This document shows, piece by piece, positions 27,582 through 44,059 of a DNA stretch of 64,000 nt. Within the stretch, counting starts at the first letter, position 1. The number at the start of each line of letters is the position of its first letter. This DNA comes from Eledone cirrhosa. Its lineage: Eukaryota. Under the pieces are notes generated by a model. The model had not been told where the DNA came from. It did not search any database and worked only from the letters and a program-made list of their open reading frames with translations. The stretch is taken from the NCBI GenBank assembly GCA_964016885.1, contig OZ024742.1, positions 178,684,001 through 178,748,000 of the forward strand, read 5' to 3'. A program made the position numbers and the translations under genes.

Positions 27582-28225
27582 TAGATATATATGTCTCCTT
27601 CTTAAGTCATCGACAAAAAGAGGTTAAAGACATTGAAATAAGTACCAGACTTGTAAAGAAAATGGACTGGTATTGATATGATCGAGTAAATCGCTTGAAG
27701 GCGGTGCCACAGAATGGCCGCAGTTTATGGAATGAAACAAGTAAAAGAATAAAGGAATAAAAGTTTTAAAAAAGACAGAGATTAATATTTTGGCGGAAAA
27801 GATGAGGCAATGGTGATGCCACGGCCTTCATGCTTTATTTCAAAGACATACGGTGACGTGACGTTAATATGAAGACAACATGATTGTCGAAGTGCATCAT
27901 CGGATATATCATGAGATATATTAAATATTGTAGAATATGCGAACACAATAGGAATATGCTGGAAGATTGATGGTGTCGTATTGGCGTATTGGCGAGTAAT
28001 TTGATAAGAAATTTAAACGAAGACATCTTCAGAGAAAATTGGGTGAAATCTTACAAGAACACTTAACATCACTGAATTCTAGCATCAAATATCATAAATT
28101 TCGCAAGCAATCAAATTATTGGGATACATTTCTTAGCGTAACGCCATTGAACACACGCACACACGTATATATATGCATACACACACTCACACATAAACGC
28201 ATATATATTTAAGTGTGAGTGTATA

Positions 28226-28311
<86 letters not shown>

Positions 28312-28361
28312 ATATATTAATATATATATACATGCATACAAACGCACACTCACACGCACAC

Positions 28362-28439
<78 letters not shown>

Positions 28440-28796
28440 CATACACACACACACATATATATATATATATATGTTAATATGTACAACATACATAACATAC
28501 GGACAGACATGCACAAGCAAGCACACATATACATAGTTCCACATATATAATCATTCATGTACACATAGAGAAAACCAATATTGATAATAACTTTGCATTA
28601 TATATCTATCTGTTTATCTAATTATCTATCTATCTCTTTCACTCTATGTATAAGTATACATATTCACTCGTGTGCGCATACTTACATATATGTCTGTGAG
28701 CGCGCGTTCATGCATATATATATATATAATAATATATATGTCTGTATATATAAGTATATATACGTACATACATATATGTATACAGACGTACAGTAG

Positions 28797-28846
<50 letters not shown>

Positions 28847-28932
28847 CATGCACATATATATATATATATATATATATGTACGCATGGATTCATTAAGAGT
28901 GGGAAATGAAATTTCGTTTCATTTTTTCCGTG

Positions 28933-28981
<49 letters not shown>

Positions 28982-28982
28982 G

Positions 28983-29074
<92 letters not shown>

Positions 29075-29218
29075 TAATATTTTCCGTAGTGTTGTAATAT
29101 GAATATTACACACAGTAGAAGGACAGCTCACGTAGAGTTTGCTCGACGGTTCCAGTTGTAGTTTCAAAAGTAATCCGGAGAAAATAGAAGGATTTAAATG
29201 GATACAGTTCAGTTAAAA

Positions 29219-29347
29219 GGAATTTATTGACACGTGTTTCAATAACAGTTACATAACCTGAAAACAGCTGCTATCTACAAAGTATTAATTATGCAGACAC
29301 TCAATATTTCAATGTTATTATCAACTATCATTTCATCAGAATAATTT
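29219..29347 (-). ncRNA. Type I HHR, long stem II (family F)
   Basis: TCATCAG 29333-29339; GACACGTGTTTC 29229-29240. Confidence 0.68.
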
Positions 29348-29978
29348 TATTGAGAACCTGTTTGGTTTTTATAGAGAATATTAAGAGGGAGGGGTGAAGT
29401 TGTTAGAAGAATAGTTAAGGGAGTGGATAGAGATTTTTTGATAGCAGTGAGAATTTTTGGTAGCAATGAGTAATTAGATTCCCATCTGTTGTTTTGACAT
29501 TTTTATACAATACATTATTTGGCGTTGGTTATTTTTCTAAATCTATAGAAGGATTAGAGATAGTAAAGATATGCATGGTTGGTTTTGTGTTTGCACTTAA
29601 TTAACATACAGACTTAAATTTTCTTTCAAGTGTACGTATCCGTTCGCCCACACATTCACACACAAACATATATGCACACCTCTACAGAATACATACACTC
29701 ACATACACATACTTACATGCTCATACTTACATACATATATACCTGCACATATATATATATATACATATATATATGTACATACATACGCATTCATGTATAT
29801 ACATTTTCATACTCAACTTATCTTCTTATACACACGTATAGGCACACACATATATACATACATACTCCTGTCTATGTGTGTGTATATATATATATAATAA
29901 AAAATTGAACAGGGACAGAACAGAGAGGCAGTACGACAAATGTTTATTAGATTCACGCTCAGGAGAGTGGGGGGTAAG

Positions 29979-30062
<84 letters not shown>

Positions 30063-30337
30063 ACTTTAATACATGAATACACATACATCTAACTATACAC
30101 ATCAAACATATATATATATTTACTTATTTATATACATTTTCACATATATATACATACATATATTCGGTTTTAGACACATTCATTATAGCATATTCGCACC
30201 TATTCTCATCAGCATATCTTTCCATTATTAGTGTGGTAATTTAAGGTTATTAATATACATATATATGTTGAGAAGAGATTGTTTTTATATTTTTCTAACT
30301 AGATTGAGGTTTATATAGTTGGGGGGATGTTCCTCTT

Positions 30338-30775
30338 TTATGTAATATTCAGCTTGTAGTGGGAAAAAAGAGTTTTAGTTCGGTGACGGCAGAATAATGT
30401 TCGTTCAATTCTGTTATTAAGCAATTTCTTCTTGTGTGTGATTATGTAATAAATCTCAAGATTACACAATTTGCAGAAATTTTGGCTCCTGGAAAAGCTT
30501 TGGGTTTTAGCTAATTTCTTCCATTTTAGGGTAAACTTTTGATCGCTATCCCTGAGCGTCCAAGCTTTTTCTGCTAAAGTTGTTCCATTTCTTTGGCTCT
30601 GGTGTTTTATTGAGTAAGAATGCCTATATAATCGAGATTTAAACGATGTTGCCGTTGATCCCACGTAATACCACTCGTTGCCTCCGGATTCAATGGTACA
30701 CTTATAGATGATATTTTTTTCCAGGCAGTTATTGCCGAGGGGGCAATTGTCAGGATAGGTGCAGTTACAGTTGTG
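30338..30775 (-). pseudogene. Penelope GIY-YIG endonuclease C-terminal fragment
   Basis: CNCTYPDNCPLGNNCLEKNIIYKC..WYYVGSTATSFKSRLYRH..CKLCNLE..LLN..CRH. Confidence 0.85.
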
Positions 30776-31297
30776 TACGTTGGTTTTGTAGTTAGGTTTA
30801 CTCTGGAGTAGTATTGCGGACGAACTTAGGTGTGGTTTATTTATGTTCTGTAGTGTATTGTCTACTGTTTTTTTTTGTGTTCTTTGTACTTAAGTTTTTA
30901 GTGTTTTCGTTTAATCTTCTAGTATTGATCTTTTTTCGGTGTTGTTCGAGGTTTAACGCTGTAGAGTATGCCGTCACCGAACTAAAACCCTTTTTTCCCA
31001 CTACAAGCTGAATATTACATAAAAGAGGGACATCCCCCCAACTATATAAACCTCAATCTAGTTAGAAAAATATAAAAACAATCTCTTCTCAACATATATA
31101 TGTATATTAATAACCTTAAATTACCACACTAATAATGGAAAGATATGCTGATGAGAATAGGTGCGAATATGCTATAATGAATGTGTCTAAAAGCGAATAT
31201 ATGTATGTATATATATGTGAAAATGTATATAAATAAGTAAATATATATATATGTTTGATGTGTATAGTTAGATGTATGTGTATTCATGTATTAAAGT

Positions 31298-31350
<53 letters not shown>

Positions 31351-31453
31351 GACAGGAGTATGTATGTATATGTGTGTGTTCCTATACGTGTGTATAAGAA
31401 GATAAGTTGAGTATGAAAATGTATATACATGAATGCGTATGTATGTACATATA

Positions 31454-31547
<94 letters not shown>

Positions 31548-31947
31548 CAGGTATATATGTATGTAAGTATGAGCATGTAAGTATGTGTATGTGAGTGTAT
31601 GTATTCTGTAGAGGTGTGCATATATGTTTGTGTGTGAATGTGTGGGCGAACGGATACGTACACTTGAAAGAAAAATTTAAGTCTGTATGTTAATTAAGTG
31701 CAAACACAAAACCAACCATGCATATCTTTACTATCTCTACTCCTTCTATAGATTTAGAAAAATAACCAACGCCAAATAATGTATTCTATAAAAATGTCAA
31801 AACAACAGATGGGAATCTAATTACTCATTGCTACCAAAAATTCTCACTGCTATCAAAAAAATCTCTATCCACTCCCTTAACTATTCTTCTAACAACTTCA
31901 CCCCTCCCTCTTAATATTCTCTATAAAAACCAAACAGGTTCTCAATA

Positions 31948-32076
31948 AAATTATTCTGATGAAATGATAGTTGATAATAACATTGAAATATTGAGTGTCT
32001 GCATAATTAATACTTTGTAGATAGCAGCTGTTTTCAGGTTATGTAACTGTTATTGAAACACGTGTCAATAAATTCC
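31948..32076 (+). ncRNA. Type I HHR, long stem II (family F)
   Basis: CTGATGA 31956-31962; 11-bp AATGATAGTTG/TAACTGTTATT; GAAA 32055-32058; CACGTG-TC. Confidence 0.7.
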
Positions 32077-32143
32077 TTTTAACTGAACTGTATCCATTTA
32101 AATCCTTCTCTCTCTATATATATATATTTATATATATACATAT

Positions 32144-32411
32144 GTCAGGTGGCTCTTGAGTGCTACCGGTAACATGTAATCCAGTACAACCTGTTGCATG
32201 GTCGGGTCGTCGGCGACTAAACCGGCAACCCCGCTGAGCTTGCTTGGTAAAGAGGGTGGTATTTGGACACACTGCAGAATGGAAAACAAAACCCGACAAA
32301 GGGTGGATAAACTCACCCAAATACTGTGTGTGTATGGGTGTATGAATACTCTATTTGTATATACTTATGTATATGCATTTTTGTGTGTGTATGTGTGTGA
32401 GTATGTATATG

Positions 32412-32460
<49 letters not shown>

Positions 32461-35400
32461 ATGTGTGTATTTAATATATCCTCGGGTGTCTGTTTACATA
32501 CGTATACTTTTATGTGTACATTTTTAGTTCTTATAACCTTTTTTTCTTAAATAGTGTGTACACATGTGCGCGGGGACGGGAAATACCTGGGTTGGTGTCC
32601 AGGCACGTAGATAGCCTACTGGGAGTGAGATTTCCCCTTAGCTGTTGTCATAACACTTCTCTAGTAGAGAGAAACTCTGAATAAACACCTGTGGTGTTGA
32701 GGGAACCTGATGATGTTGACCAGTTCTTCTTTTCAGTACATACTCCCCATGCTCAGAGAGTGGGATTAGTTCTGTACAAAGCTTTTCTTCACTTTTCATT
32801 CAAGCAGAGGCATCGCCTAATTGATTTGAACAAATAATTTATTGCATTGTGGCTGGCCGTAGCCCCCAAAAGGCAAAAATATTCAATGATGAACCATGAT
32901 AATGTACGAATTCATGGCAATGGTGTCTCTAGAACTGATGGTGAAAGGGCCTGGCCCGGCAGGTGCCCATCGCCCCGCAGCATTGACCCGGTAATCATCC
33001 TGCTACTGCGAAGAAGTTGAAACCTATGTATATTGGTTGCTGGAACATCTGGGCCTTATTAGATTTGGTATCTTCAGAATCACGACCAGAAAGAAGACCA
33101 ACTCTTGTTGCCAAAGAGTTGGGACGATACAATTGGACATTGTTGCCTTATCTGAAACAAGGCTACTCGACGAAGGTCATATCACTGAGATGTCCAGTGG
33201 CTACACGTTATATTGGAGTGGCAGAGCAGCAGGATGCAAAAGGGAAGCAGGTGTGGCTTTTGCAGTGAAAACGTCTTTGGTGTCGACACTTGACCAATTT
33301 CCAAGTGGCATCAGTGTTCGCCTCATGTCAATGGGAATTCTTCTGATGTACAATCGCTACCTTACCATTGTAAATGTACACGCCCCGTCGATGAATTCTA
33401 ATGAAAATGAGAAACTCGCCTTTTACAGGTTTCTGAAGGAACTTGTCAAAAAGGTTCCTTCAGCAGACAAAAATTGTCGTAGTTGGTGATTTCAACGCAC
33501 GCGTTGGTAGGGATTATGATACTTGGGATGTGATAGGTAGACATGGCATAGGGGAATGTAACAGCAATGGTCTCCTCTTGTTACAGATGTGGGTGGAGTT
33601 AGATTTGTTCAATGCAATCACGATGTTCCAGCAAAAGGATGCGTTCAAGACAACATGGATGCACATTGGGTTGAAAGTGTGGCATCTGATCGACTATGTT
33701 CTTGTGAAGAAAGGTGACATGCAGGATTTCAAGCATGTGCGTGTTCTGCGTGGCGCAGAGTGCTGGATAGACCATCGTCTGGTGCCTGCCAAGGAAAACT
33801 TCATGATCAAACCTCAAACAAGAGCAAATGATGTCAAGATTCCAAAGCACTTGAATATAGATCGTATGAAAGATAAGGGTGTCAAGCAGGAGCTGAGTCG
33901 CAGGCTTGAAAGCGTTGATTGTGCGAACAACTGGAATGACTTCAGGAGCTCGGTCTATGATGTTTCAGCAGAGGTCCTTGGCTTTGTCACAAGAAAACAC
34001 AAGGACTGCTTTGATGAGAATGACCAGAAGGTCAAGGCTCTGCTTGACAGAAAACAAAAGGCACTCGATGCAGTTCATAAAAGTAGTAACTTTGTTGTTG
34101 ACAATTATGAGCGTAACAGACTGGTAAAGAAGGAGGTGCAGGTGAAACTCAGGGCCATACAAAATACCTGGTGGAGCAACAAAGCAGATGAAGTTCAAGC
34201 AGCATCAGATGGCAACAATGTGAAACTGCTGCACACTCTAATCAGAGAAGTTTATGGCCCTTTCAGCTCACCAGTGACACCTTTGAGATCGAAATATCGA
34301 ACCAGTTACTGAGCAATCAAAAGACATACTCGACAGATGGAGAGATCACTTTGATGAGCTCTTGAACCAGCCATCCCAGGTTGATAATGATTTCATTTGC
34401 TCCATTCCTATTGAACCAATGAAGCATGGGATGGCTGGTGTACCTTCTCTTGCAGAGGTGACTTCTGCTATGCATAAGCTGAACTTTGGTAAGTCTCCTG
34501 GTATGGATGGTCTGAGTGCAGAGGTTTTGAAGTGCGGTGGTGAAAACAAACTTCATGCAGCGCCTGACTGACCTCATGAAAAAGGTGAGGGAAGATAAGA
34601 ATATCCCACAAGATAGGAAGGATGTGCTCATGGTGATTCTCCATAAAGGAAAGGATGGGAAAGACAAATGTGGTAATTATCGTGGCATATCACCTCTTTC
34701 AGTAGTTGGTAAAGTCATATGTCAAATTTTGATGAATAGATTAATCTCAAAGGTTGCTCTGAATGTGTCGCCTGAGTCGCAGTGTGGGTTCAGAAACGAA
34801 AGAGGAACAGTGGATATGATCTTTTCTGCCCGGCAGCTGCAAGAATAATGTATCGAACAATGTATGGACATTCACCAGGTTTTGTTGACTTGACAAAGGC
34901 CTTTAGCACCGTCAATTGAACTGCATTGTGGATAATTTTTGAAAAGCTTGGCTGCCCTCCAAAGTTTGTGAAAATTCTGCGTCTTTTTCATGATGACATG
35001 AAGGCTTGGGTCAGTTTTGGTGGTAGCATCTCTGAACCAATATCAGTTAGAAATGGAGTGAAGCAGGGGGACTCTGTTTTTCTTATATTTTACGATAGTG
35101 TTTCTCATAGCATTTGTTTTCATGGTGTTTACATCAGGTATCACACTTCAGGAAGGTTGTTCAACATCAGGCCCTTAGGTGCAAACACAAAGGTTTTAAC
35201 ATCTATAATCCGAGAGTTTTTGTATGCAGATGACCACGATCTCTCTGCACACTCACAAAGTGACATGCAGCATGTTATGAACTCTTTATCTAAAGCATGC
35301 ATCGCTTTGGACCTCACAATAAGCTTGTGAGAGACTGTTCTGATGTACCAGTCAGCACCTAGGAAAGAATACACTACACCAAGGGTGTATGAGTATGGGA

Positions 35401-35728
35401 AGAAGCTAAAAGTTGTGGGCGAGTTTATTTATCTTGGTAGTACGTTGAACAATTCATATCCACTTGATGATGAGATATCCTTAAGAATTAAGAAAGCCAG
35501 TGATGCTTTTGGATGGCTGAATGAGCGTTTATGGTCCAGACGAGGTATTACCATTGAAACCAAGGTAAAAGTATATCTGACTTGTGTCGTCTCCCCAGAG
35601 AATCCTACAGTTGTCTTGTGTCTTGTGTGCAAGTCTTTGGCTGGTTTAAAGAGCTATATTTGTGCTTCACATTTTTTAGCATTTTATTGGGCGATGGCAA
35701 TGCTTGAACACGAGATTGCACCTATCAT
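32144..35728 (+). mobile_element. Decayed near-full-length RTE-clade LINE (APE endonuclease + RT)
   Basis: IGCWNI, DIVALSETR, VGDFNARVG, IDYVLV, KSPGMDG, NYRGISPLS, QCGFR..GTVDMIF, GVKQG, LYADD, YLGS; multiple frameshifts and a 3' deletion. Confidence 0.9.
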
Positions 35729-36442
35729 ATATATGTGTGTATGTATGTGAGTGTACATTTATGTATTATTCGTGCGCTTGTATGTGTGAATATTTGTGTG
35801 TACGTATGCATGTGTAAATGTTTGTGTGTATATATGTATGTATGTTCTTCTGGTTTTATAATTTAACAGATAATAAAAAAATTTATTGCCAATAGAGAGA
35901 GAGTCGGTTTCTAACATAGATACAAGACTCTCTCATTGGAATTTACACAACATCAACTAAGTAGATATGTCTGTATGTCTGCATGCATGTGTATGCAGGT
36001 ATGGATGTTATTGTATGTGAGGATGTGTATGTTTTGAGTTATATGTGTGCATGTGTATTTGCTTTGTATCTGTACATGTGTATATGCAGTTATTAGATGC
36101 AGAAATTTTGGAATGTTTTACATATTTTTACTGTTCCATTAATGGATTGTACCTACGACCTATAACATCCACGACATCACCACGCCATTGCAGCCATTTC
36201 CGCTGTCCACTATCATAACCACTACATGGTCAATCGATTAACTAGACAGAGCAGTTAAATTTTCTTTAACTAAGACTCTGGTATCATTACTAAGGAGATT
36301 GTAATGACGTATGTATAAAAATATGTATATGAGTATATACGTATGCATGACGTATGTATGTATGTATGTATGTATGTATGTATGTATGTATGTATGTATG
36401 TATGTATGTATGTATGTATGTATGTATGTATGTATGTATGTG

Positions 36443-37047
36443 TCAGGTCACCAGTTAGTGCTACTGGTAACATGTATCCCAGTACAACCTGTCCCATGGT
36501 CGGGTCGTTGGCGACTAAACTGGCAACCCCACCAAGGTTTCTTGGTGAGGAGGGTGACTTTGGACATCCTGCAGGACTAAAAACAAAACCAGTCAAAGGG
36601 CAAAGGAGCTCTTAAGAGTCAATGACCATTCAAAATCACCGGGAGAGATGACCCCTTAGACTTTGTCAAGGCAGAATTCTAGGAGAAGGAAAACTCTGAT
36701 ATAACACCTGCAACCCTGATGGTATCCAATGATGTTGACTTGTTCTTCTTTTTGGTAAATATCATCTTGGTTAAGAGAGTGGGACTGGCTTTGTGCAGTG
36801 TCTTTGCTCACTATAAAAGCTTCACGGCACAGGCATTGCTTTATATCTGGAGATCTCTCTGCACTTGTCATCACATGGTACCATGGGCCCAGCACTGTGT
36901 CAATAATTGTCACAAGTGTAGTGTTTGTACCAGAGTTTTCAAGTCGCTGGCTGGACTAAAAAGTCACACTTGTTCAGCGCATCGGTAGGGGTTCTCCTAC
37001 ATGGATATAAAGTAGTGGCCGTACTCGAAAACGAGTTGGCAGCCACC
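36443..37047 (+). mobile_element. Internally deleted RTE derivative (5' UTR fused to 3' Zn-finger tail)
   Basis: 5' part matches 32144 onward; 3' part encodes CSVCTRVFKSLAGLKSH like 35620-35660; (ATGT)n on both sides. Confidence 0.75.
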
Positions 37048-37159
37048 ATGTATGTATGTATGTATGTATGTATGTATGTATGTATGTATGTATGTATGTA
37101 TGTATGTATGTATGTATGTATGTATGTATGTACGCATGTATGTATGTATGTATGTTTTC

Positions 37160-37853
37160 TCTTTCTCTTAATTTTGAGTATATTTTTTTGACCGGCCACC
37201 TGCCTGGTGGCAAGGTTGTAAAAGAACAGAAATTGTCATCCCTTGAATCGCAAGAATGTTTTGCAAATTTTGAAGGTGCCAGCTATCGCAGCCATTTGTA
37301 GACTATGAATTAGGGAGCTGCGCTTTTTGTCCGCAAATCCAAGTTCAGTCATACTTTGGTCCAAGCGGGTTGGTATATAACCCGTAGCACCAATAATGAT
37401 GGGTATGAAGCTAAAGGTGTATCTTGGATACTGGATTTGTAAACTCCTCATCAATGGTCCGTAGATGTCCTCCTTCTCCTGTATTTTTCTGACAACGTTT
37501 ACATCAAGTGGGCAGCTGATCTCCACAACAGAACACGTTTTCAATGTGTGGTCCCAAACTACAATATCAGGCCGGTTGTGCTTTAATCTGGTGGCAGTTT
37601 TTATTTTCAGGTTCCACCAGTATTCCTTAGTGCCATCTGTCTCAATATATTCTTCCTCGTTTGTTGTTAATTTTGTTTTCCGAAGTGCGTTCCAGATGGT
37701 TCTAGCTATCCCATCGTGTCTCATGGGGAGGTAGTAGCGAGATGACATTCTTTCGCAGCTGGCAACAATGTGGCTTACATCCTCGATCTTTGTTTTACAT
37801 AGCCTACATTTATTGTCAGCTGCTGGCCCTCCTCTTTTGTGCAGCAGATATTT
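37160..37853 (-). mobile_element. R4/Dong-like RLE retrotransposon 3' fragment
   Basis: Open frame [32 protein letters not shown] (CCHC knuckle plus PD-(D/E)xK nuclease); within (TATG)n. Confidence 0.85.
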
Positions 37854-38062
37854 GGTATGTATGTATGTATGTATGTATGTATGTATGTATGTATGTATGT
37901 ATGTACGAATGTATGTATGTATGTATGTATGTATGTACGAATGTATGTATGTATGTACGTATTTATACATGTAATCATGAATTTATGCTTGTATGTAGGT
38001 ACATATGAAAGTACATATGTATAAATGTGTGTATATGTAATATATTTATATATATATATACA

Positions 38063-38165
<103 letters not shown>

Positions 38166-38366
38166 TGTGTGTGTGTGTGCGTGCGTGTGTGTGTATATTT
38201 ATATGTGTGTGTGTTTGCACGTGTTATATCAGTTTCTGATGTACAGCTTTTAACTTCGATAGATTCCGGTAATTATCCATCATCAATAACAATTTATATC
38301 CCTCCTCTCTTACTCTCGTACTCTCTTCCCCTATATTTCTCTCTCTCTCTTTCTTTATATACTTAT

Positions 38367-38456
<90 letters not shown>

Positions 38457-38574
38457 GCAGAGAGAGAGGGGGGGGGGGAGAGAGAAAGGAGAGAGAGAGA
38501 AAGGGAGATAGGTTTATATACATATATATATTATTATTATATATATATACATACATACATATATTTATATATAA

Positions 38575-38725
<151 letters not shown>

Positions 38726-38770
38726 CATATACGATATTAAACAAATGGAAACTATATTTATAAAACCATA

Positions 38771-38840
38771 TTTATTTCATTATACATATTTCAGGGATAC
38801 CATATTAGAAATATGGCATGCCTTCTTCAGATAAAATACA
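38771..38840 (-). ncRNA. Type I HHR (family A)
   Basis: TCTTCAG 38824-38830; left arm of inverted repeat 38728-38992 / 39306-39553. Confidence 0.75.
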
Positions 38841-39440
38841 ATATATAAGCAGTTTTATAAATAAATTTGACGTACCATAAATATTGTTTAACTTCCATTT
38901 AAAAAAGTTGGTTTGGTAGTGAGATGTTTGTAAATATTTAGTGTTAAGCACAGTTAAAAAGAAAGACGGAGAGAAGGAATAAATGTATGTAAAGAAAAAC
39001 AGAGAGAGATAGAGAGAGATATGGGAGAGAGAAATAGTGAGGGGGTGAACAATGAGAGGCAGCTGAGGCAACAGATGAATAATAATAATAATAATTCATC
39101 GTACAAATTGAGAGATTAAGGAGGGAGGGAGTACTGTAATTATTTATTTATTTATTTAGTTATAGTGTTAAGGAGACGGAGAGAAATAAAAAATAAATAA
39201 AGAGAAAACAGCGATACTTAAATTTCATCATGTATAGAGGGTGGAGAAGAAAGAGTTATATCTAGAGAGAAGGATGACAGATTTATAACTTTACGTTATG
39301 TCCTATCTCTCCGTCTTTCTTTTTAACTGTGCTTAACACTAAATATTTACAAACATCTCACTACCAAACCAACTTTTTTAAATGGAAGTTGAACAATATT
39401 TATGGTACGTCAAATTTATTTATAAAACTGCTTATATATT

Positions 39441-39508
39441 GTATTTTATCTGAAGAAGGCATGCCACATTTCTAATATGGTATCCCTGAAATATGTATAA
39501 TGAAATAA
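39441..39508 (+). ncRNA. Type I HHR (family A)
   Basis: CTGAAGA 39450-39456; GAAA 39488-39491; TATGTA-TA. Confidence 0.75.
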
Positions 39509-39695
39509 ATATGGTTTTATAAATATAGTTTCCATTTGTTTAATATCGTATATCTACTCCAAAACTTGTTGAGTGCTTTATATCAGTTATAAAATATTTA
39601 CTCGTTGTAACCCAACAATTTTAAATAAAACTTTTGCATATATACATATATATATATATATATATAAATATATATATACATATATATATATATAA

Positions 39696-39726
<31 letters not shown>

Positions 39727-39755
39727 AATATATATATACATATATATATATATAA

Positions 39756-39792
<37 letters not shown>

Positions 39793-39821
39793 AATATATA
39801 TATACATATATTTATATATAT

Positions 39822-39914
<93 letters not shown>

Positions 39915-39982
39915 AATATATATATACATATATATATATATAAATATATATATACATATATATATATATATAAATATATATA

Positions 39983-40327
<345 letters not shown>

Positions 40328-40364
40328 TATATATACATATATATATATATACATATATATATAT

Positions 40365-40501
<137 letters not shown>

Positions 40502-40625
40502 TACACATATATACATATACATATATATATTATATATATACATACATACATATATGTATATATATATTTATATATATATATATATACGATATTAACAAAT
40601 GGAAACTATATTTATAAAACCATAT

Positions 40626-40692
40626 CTATTTTATTATACATATTTCAAGGACACCATATTAAATTATGGTATTCTTTCATCAGACAAAATAC
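40626..40692 (-). ncRNA. Type I HHR (family A)
   Basis: TCATCAG 40677-40683; TTTC 40643-40646. Confidence 0.7.
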
Positions 40693-41388
40693 GATATATA
40701 TCGGTTTTATAAATAAATATTGACATACCCTTACAAAATGCAACCATTACTGTTGGAAGACTCCGGGATAGTGGAGTTGTTTACTTATATTAGTATTGGA
40801 TATTTTTATTTAAATATTATATATATGAGAATGTGGAATCCCCAAAACAGAATATGTGGTGCTATTGGCTCAATATCTGTGTCTAAGGGTATTTTACTCG
40901 AATTTGTAAGCTATTATTTATAGCGATTGACTGTTATTACAGTTATTCGCTGCATTTGGGATTCCCGCGTTTTCAAATTTCAAATCACTGATTTCTTCGA
41001 TTATGTATCAAGAAAACCGGAACAGCAATATCTCTACCACTACCACTGTTACCTATATGACAACGTCAAAACTACCACCAACAACAAATATAACAAAAGC
41101 AGAGACTATTACTCAAAAGCCTAGATATGACAGCTACATCCTGTAAACCAATTATAGTCAGACGTAGGACAATGATAATCTCATAGGAGTTTGACAAAAC
41201 TTCAACGTCACGTAGTTTTACTACATATAACCCAGCATGTCAGCATGTCAGCATGTCAATATACTTGTGTCTGTGTATGATATAGGTGAGTGCATATATA
41301 TATATATATGTCTATGTGCCTGTGTGTGTGTATACGTATATATATACATATATGTATCTGTGTGTGTGTGTGTGTGTGTGAGTGTGTG

Positions 41389-41419
<31 letters not shown>

Positions 41420-41426
41420 GTATGTA

Positions 41427-41512
<86 letters not shown>

Positions 41513-41688
41513 AGATGTGTGACGACAAGCATGCGAGACCATCTAATGGATGAAAAAACTTCTACTGGTACCCCGCTGTGCCTCTCAAGTCGATAAGTGA
41601 AGGTGACATATCGCGTGTCAGGAAATAGATTTAAGCACCTGTATTTTCCCATTCTCTAGTTGCATGAGCAAGTTTCTAGAACTTCTGT

Positions 41689-41745
41689 CTAGCCGGACGA
41701 CACGTTTCGTACGATAAGCTTCACGTATCGTCTGCTCGCAGCTAG
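41689..41745 (-). ncRNA. Degenerate HHR
   Basis: Minus strand reads CTAGCTGCGAG-CAGACGA-TACG..CGTAC-GAAA-CGTG-TC-GTCCGGCTAG; U4 mutated. Confidence 0.4.
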
Positions 41746-41948
41746 TCGAATATCATACATGAGTCGCCATCTTACTCGCTTTCTTGTGTTCTCCTTATAT
41801 ATGCAGTGTATTTAAGGTTTGTTCAATTCTTGCTTGATATTATCATTTCACGGAGTTCTTGGTTTTCTCTACATCTTTTTCCATTCATTTAACTAACTAT
41901 ACAATTTTCTTGCTGATCTTTCTTTGTTTTGTTTACTCTCTTTGCCAA

Positions 41949-42033
<85 letters not shown>

Positions 42034-42116
42034 ATTACTGTTAATTTTTTGGCATACTTACTTACATATACACATACATACACACACACGTGCATACATA
42101 TATTTATTTGATATCC

Positions 42117-43798
<1,682 letters not shown>

Positions 43799-43894
43799 TG
43801 AAATAATTGTTCTCGGTATGGTGAACTAACTGGTGTGTAACCACTTCTACCTAACTCGTCCCATGGACTGAGTGCTCTTCCACTACGGATATTA

Positions 43895-43949
<55 letters not shown>

Positions 43950-43967
43950 TATCCATTCAAATCCTTC

Positions 43968-44033
<66 letters not shown>

Positions 44034-44059
44034 TATATAAAAGAAATAGGATATATATA

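Larger units (their letters stand above)
29079..32110 (-). mobile_element. 5'-truncated Penelope-like element with inverted pLTR
   Basis: Minus body 29079-30960; 30967-32110 is an inverted copy of 29186-30392; same family as 23876-24733. Confidence 0.85.
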
